Part shown: piece after piece, positions 6,025 to 7,184 of the stretch | How the letters are laid out: each line of letters begins with the position of its first letter | Position numbering within the stretch: the stretch's first letter is position 1 | IMG/VR virus record: IMGVR_UViG_2681813320_000018 | Span: 1 to 7,184 of that record | DNA: 7,184 nt | Reading direction: 5' to 3' (one strand) | Source: a virus | Taxonomy: Duplodnaviria; Heunggongvirae; Uroviricota; Caudoviricetes | The notes under the pieces: model-generated | Seen by the model: only the letters and a program-made list of their open reading frames with translations | The model's database searches: none | Told to the model about the DNA's origin: nothing | Translations under genes and position numbers: made by a program

Positions 6025-6297
6025 ATGGCGCACAAAACCAAATTTCACAATTCTGATACCGACCTTGCCATCCGGCATGGGCGGCGTTCACACGCATTTA
6101 AAACCGACTGGTACCAACACCCACCATGTACTGAAGAACAGGCCGAATGGCTAATTCATAACTACCGCAGACGCGGATACGAGATTAAGAAAGCCCTCAG
6201 CCTCGATTATCGTCACTGGATAATCTCCGTCAGGCTTCCTTACTCTGAACGCCCACCGCGTCCGTCCCGCACATTCCAGCAACGCATCTGGAGGTAA
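6025..6297 (+). CDS. hypothetical small prophage protein (rem-like by position between hok and the DUF968-like gene)
   Basis: 90-aa ORF starting at ATG 6025 with a weak purine-rich SD. Basic, Arg-rich. Assigned as rem-like only because E. coli K-12 Qin has the order hokD-rem-ydfU (from memory). Its stop at 6295-6297 abuts the next gene's GTG. Confidence 0.55.
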   Translation: MAHKTKFHNSDTDLAIRHGRRSHAFKTDWYQHPPCTEEQAEWLIHNYRRRGYEIKKALSLDYRHWIISVRLPYSERPPRPSRTFQQRIWR

Positions 6298-6298
6298 C

Positions 6299-7184
6299 GT
6301 GCGGGTATTACTTCGACCTGTTCTGGTACCGGAACTCGGGCTGGTGATCGTTAAGCCGGGCCGTGAATCCATGCCGGTATTCCACAATACCCGGGTACTG
6401 GTGGAGCCGGAACCGAAAAGCATGCGTAATCTGCCGTCCGGGGTCGTTCCTGCCGTTCGCCAGCCGCTGGCGGAGGATAAATCATTACTGCCATTTTTCA
6501 GCGACGAACGAGTGATTCGTGCTGCTGGTGGCGCTGGCGCATTGTCTGACTGGTTACTGCGCCATGTTAAATCCTGCCAGTGGCCACACGGCGATTATCA
6601 CCACAGTGAAACCGTCATTCACCGTTATGGTACCGGCGCAATGGTGTTGTGCTGGCACTGCGACAACCAGCTGCGCGACCAGACCTCCGAATCACTCGGG
6701 CAACTTGCTCACCAAAACCTGTCTGCATGGATGATTGACGTCATACGCCATGCAATGAATGGCTCGCAGGAACGGGAATTATCGCTGGCTGAATTATCCT
6801 GGTGGGCGGTCCGCAATCAGGTGGCGGACGCGCTACCGGAAGCGGTATTACGTCGTTCGCTGGGGTTGCGTGCGGAAAAAATCCGCTCAATGTACCGTGA
6901 AAGCGACATCGTACCGGGAGAGCAGACCGCCACCAGCATACTGAAGCAGCGCACAAAAAATCTTGCGCCGCTGCCTCACGCCCACCAGCAAAACCCGCCA
7001 CAGGAAGAGACGGTGGTCAGCATTGCCGTTGATCCTGAGTCTCCGGAATCTTTCATGAAACGACCTAAACGTCGCCGCTGGGTTAACGAGAAATACACAC
7101 GCTGGGTGAAGACACAGCCGTGTGCGTGTTGTGGTAAGCCAGCCGACGATCCCCATCACCTGATTGGTCATGGTCAGGGCGGAA
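6299..7184 (+). CDS. YdfU/DUF968-like prophage protein, 3'-truncated by window end
   Basis: Frame translated by hand from GTG 6299 to 7184 without a stop (295 codons), so the track omits it. GGAGG at 6290-6294 precedes GTG 6299; alternative starts are ATG 6371 or 6422. C-terminal visible part has C-A-C-C-G-K-x5-P-H-H-L-I-G-H-G, a Cys/His cluster suggesting a zinc-binding or HNH-like module. Several track ORFs here overlap it on other frames and strands. Confidence 0.6.
   Translation, partial: MRVLLRPVLVPELGLVIVKPGRESMPVFHNTRVLVEPEPKSMRNLPSGVVPAVRQPLAEDKSLLPFFSDERVIRAAGGAGALSDWLLRHVKSCQWPHGDYHHSETVIHRYGTGAMVLCWHCDNQLRDQTSESLGQLAHQNLSAWMIDVIRHAMNGSQERELSLAELSWWAVRNQVADALPEAVLRRSLGLRAEKIRSMYRESDIVPGEQTATSILKQRTKNLAPLPHAHQQNPPQEETVVSIAVDPESPESFMKRPKRRRWVNEKYTRWVKTQPCACCGKPADDPHHLIGHGQGG

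Noticed and set aside
6151-7171. Track ORFs 6151-6423 (-), 6519-6734 (+), 6741-7001 (-), 6759-6944 (+) and 6887-7171 (-)
   Set aside because: All fall within the long uninterrupted plus-strand frame from 6299 to the window end (YdfU/DUF968-like), on other frames or strands. Their products are Arg/Pro/Cys-rich, typical of alternate-frame translation of GC-rich coding DNA.
1-7184. CRISPR arrays, tRNA/rRNA genes, IS elements or integrase genes
   Set aside because: No spaced direct repeats, no cloverleaf-capable tRNA-like segments recognised, and no transposase or integrase-like ORFs. The window lacks these features as far as manual reading can tell.

Overview
This window looks like part of the early-right region of a lambdoid (Qin/Rac-like) enterobacterial prophage, read left to right on the + strand. 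It opens with a DnaC-like helicase loader (21-761) and four small, translationally coupled nin-region-like ORFs (791-2554). An AT-rich block of about 2.8 kb follows (roughly 2555-5460; hand-counted 60-bp samples give 30-38% GC against 57-58% in the flanks). That block carries a Q-like antiterminator homolog with an extra N-terminal ~60 aa (2687-3208, +) converging on a tightly coupled three-gene operon on the - strand (4264-5355, 3839-4267, 3205-3846; 363, 142 and 213 aa). The first two operon proteins have no motif I recognise and no P-loop; the last has a PD-(D/E)xK-like nuclease signature. Downstream lie a hokD-like type I toxin gene (5702-5857) with candidate promoter and a strong terminator, a rem-like small ORF (6025-6297), and the 5' part of a YdfU/DUF968-like gene that runs off the window (6299->7184). 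The three-gene operon, possibly together with the Q-like gene, is the best candidate for an undescribed anti-phage or abortive-infection system. No tRNA, rRNA, CRISPR array or IS element was seen. All homology statements are from motif recognition and memory, not database searches.
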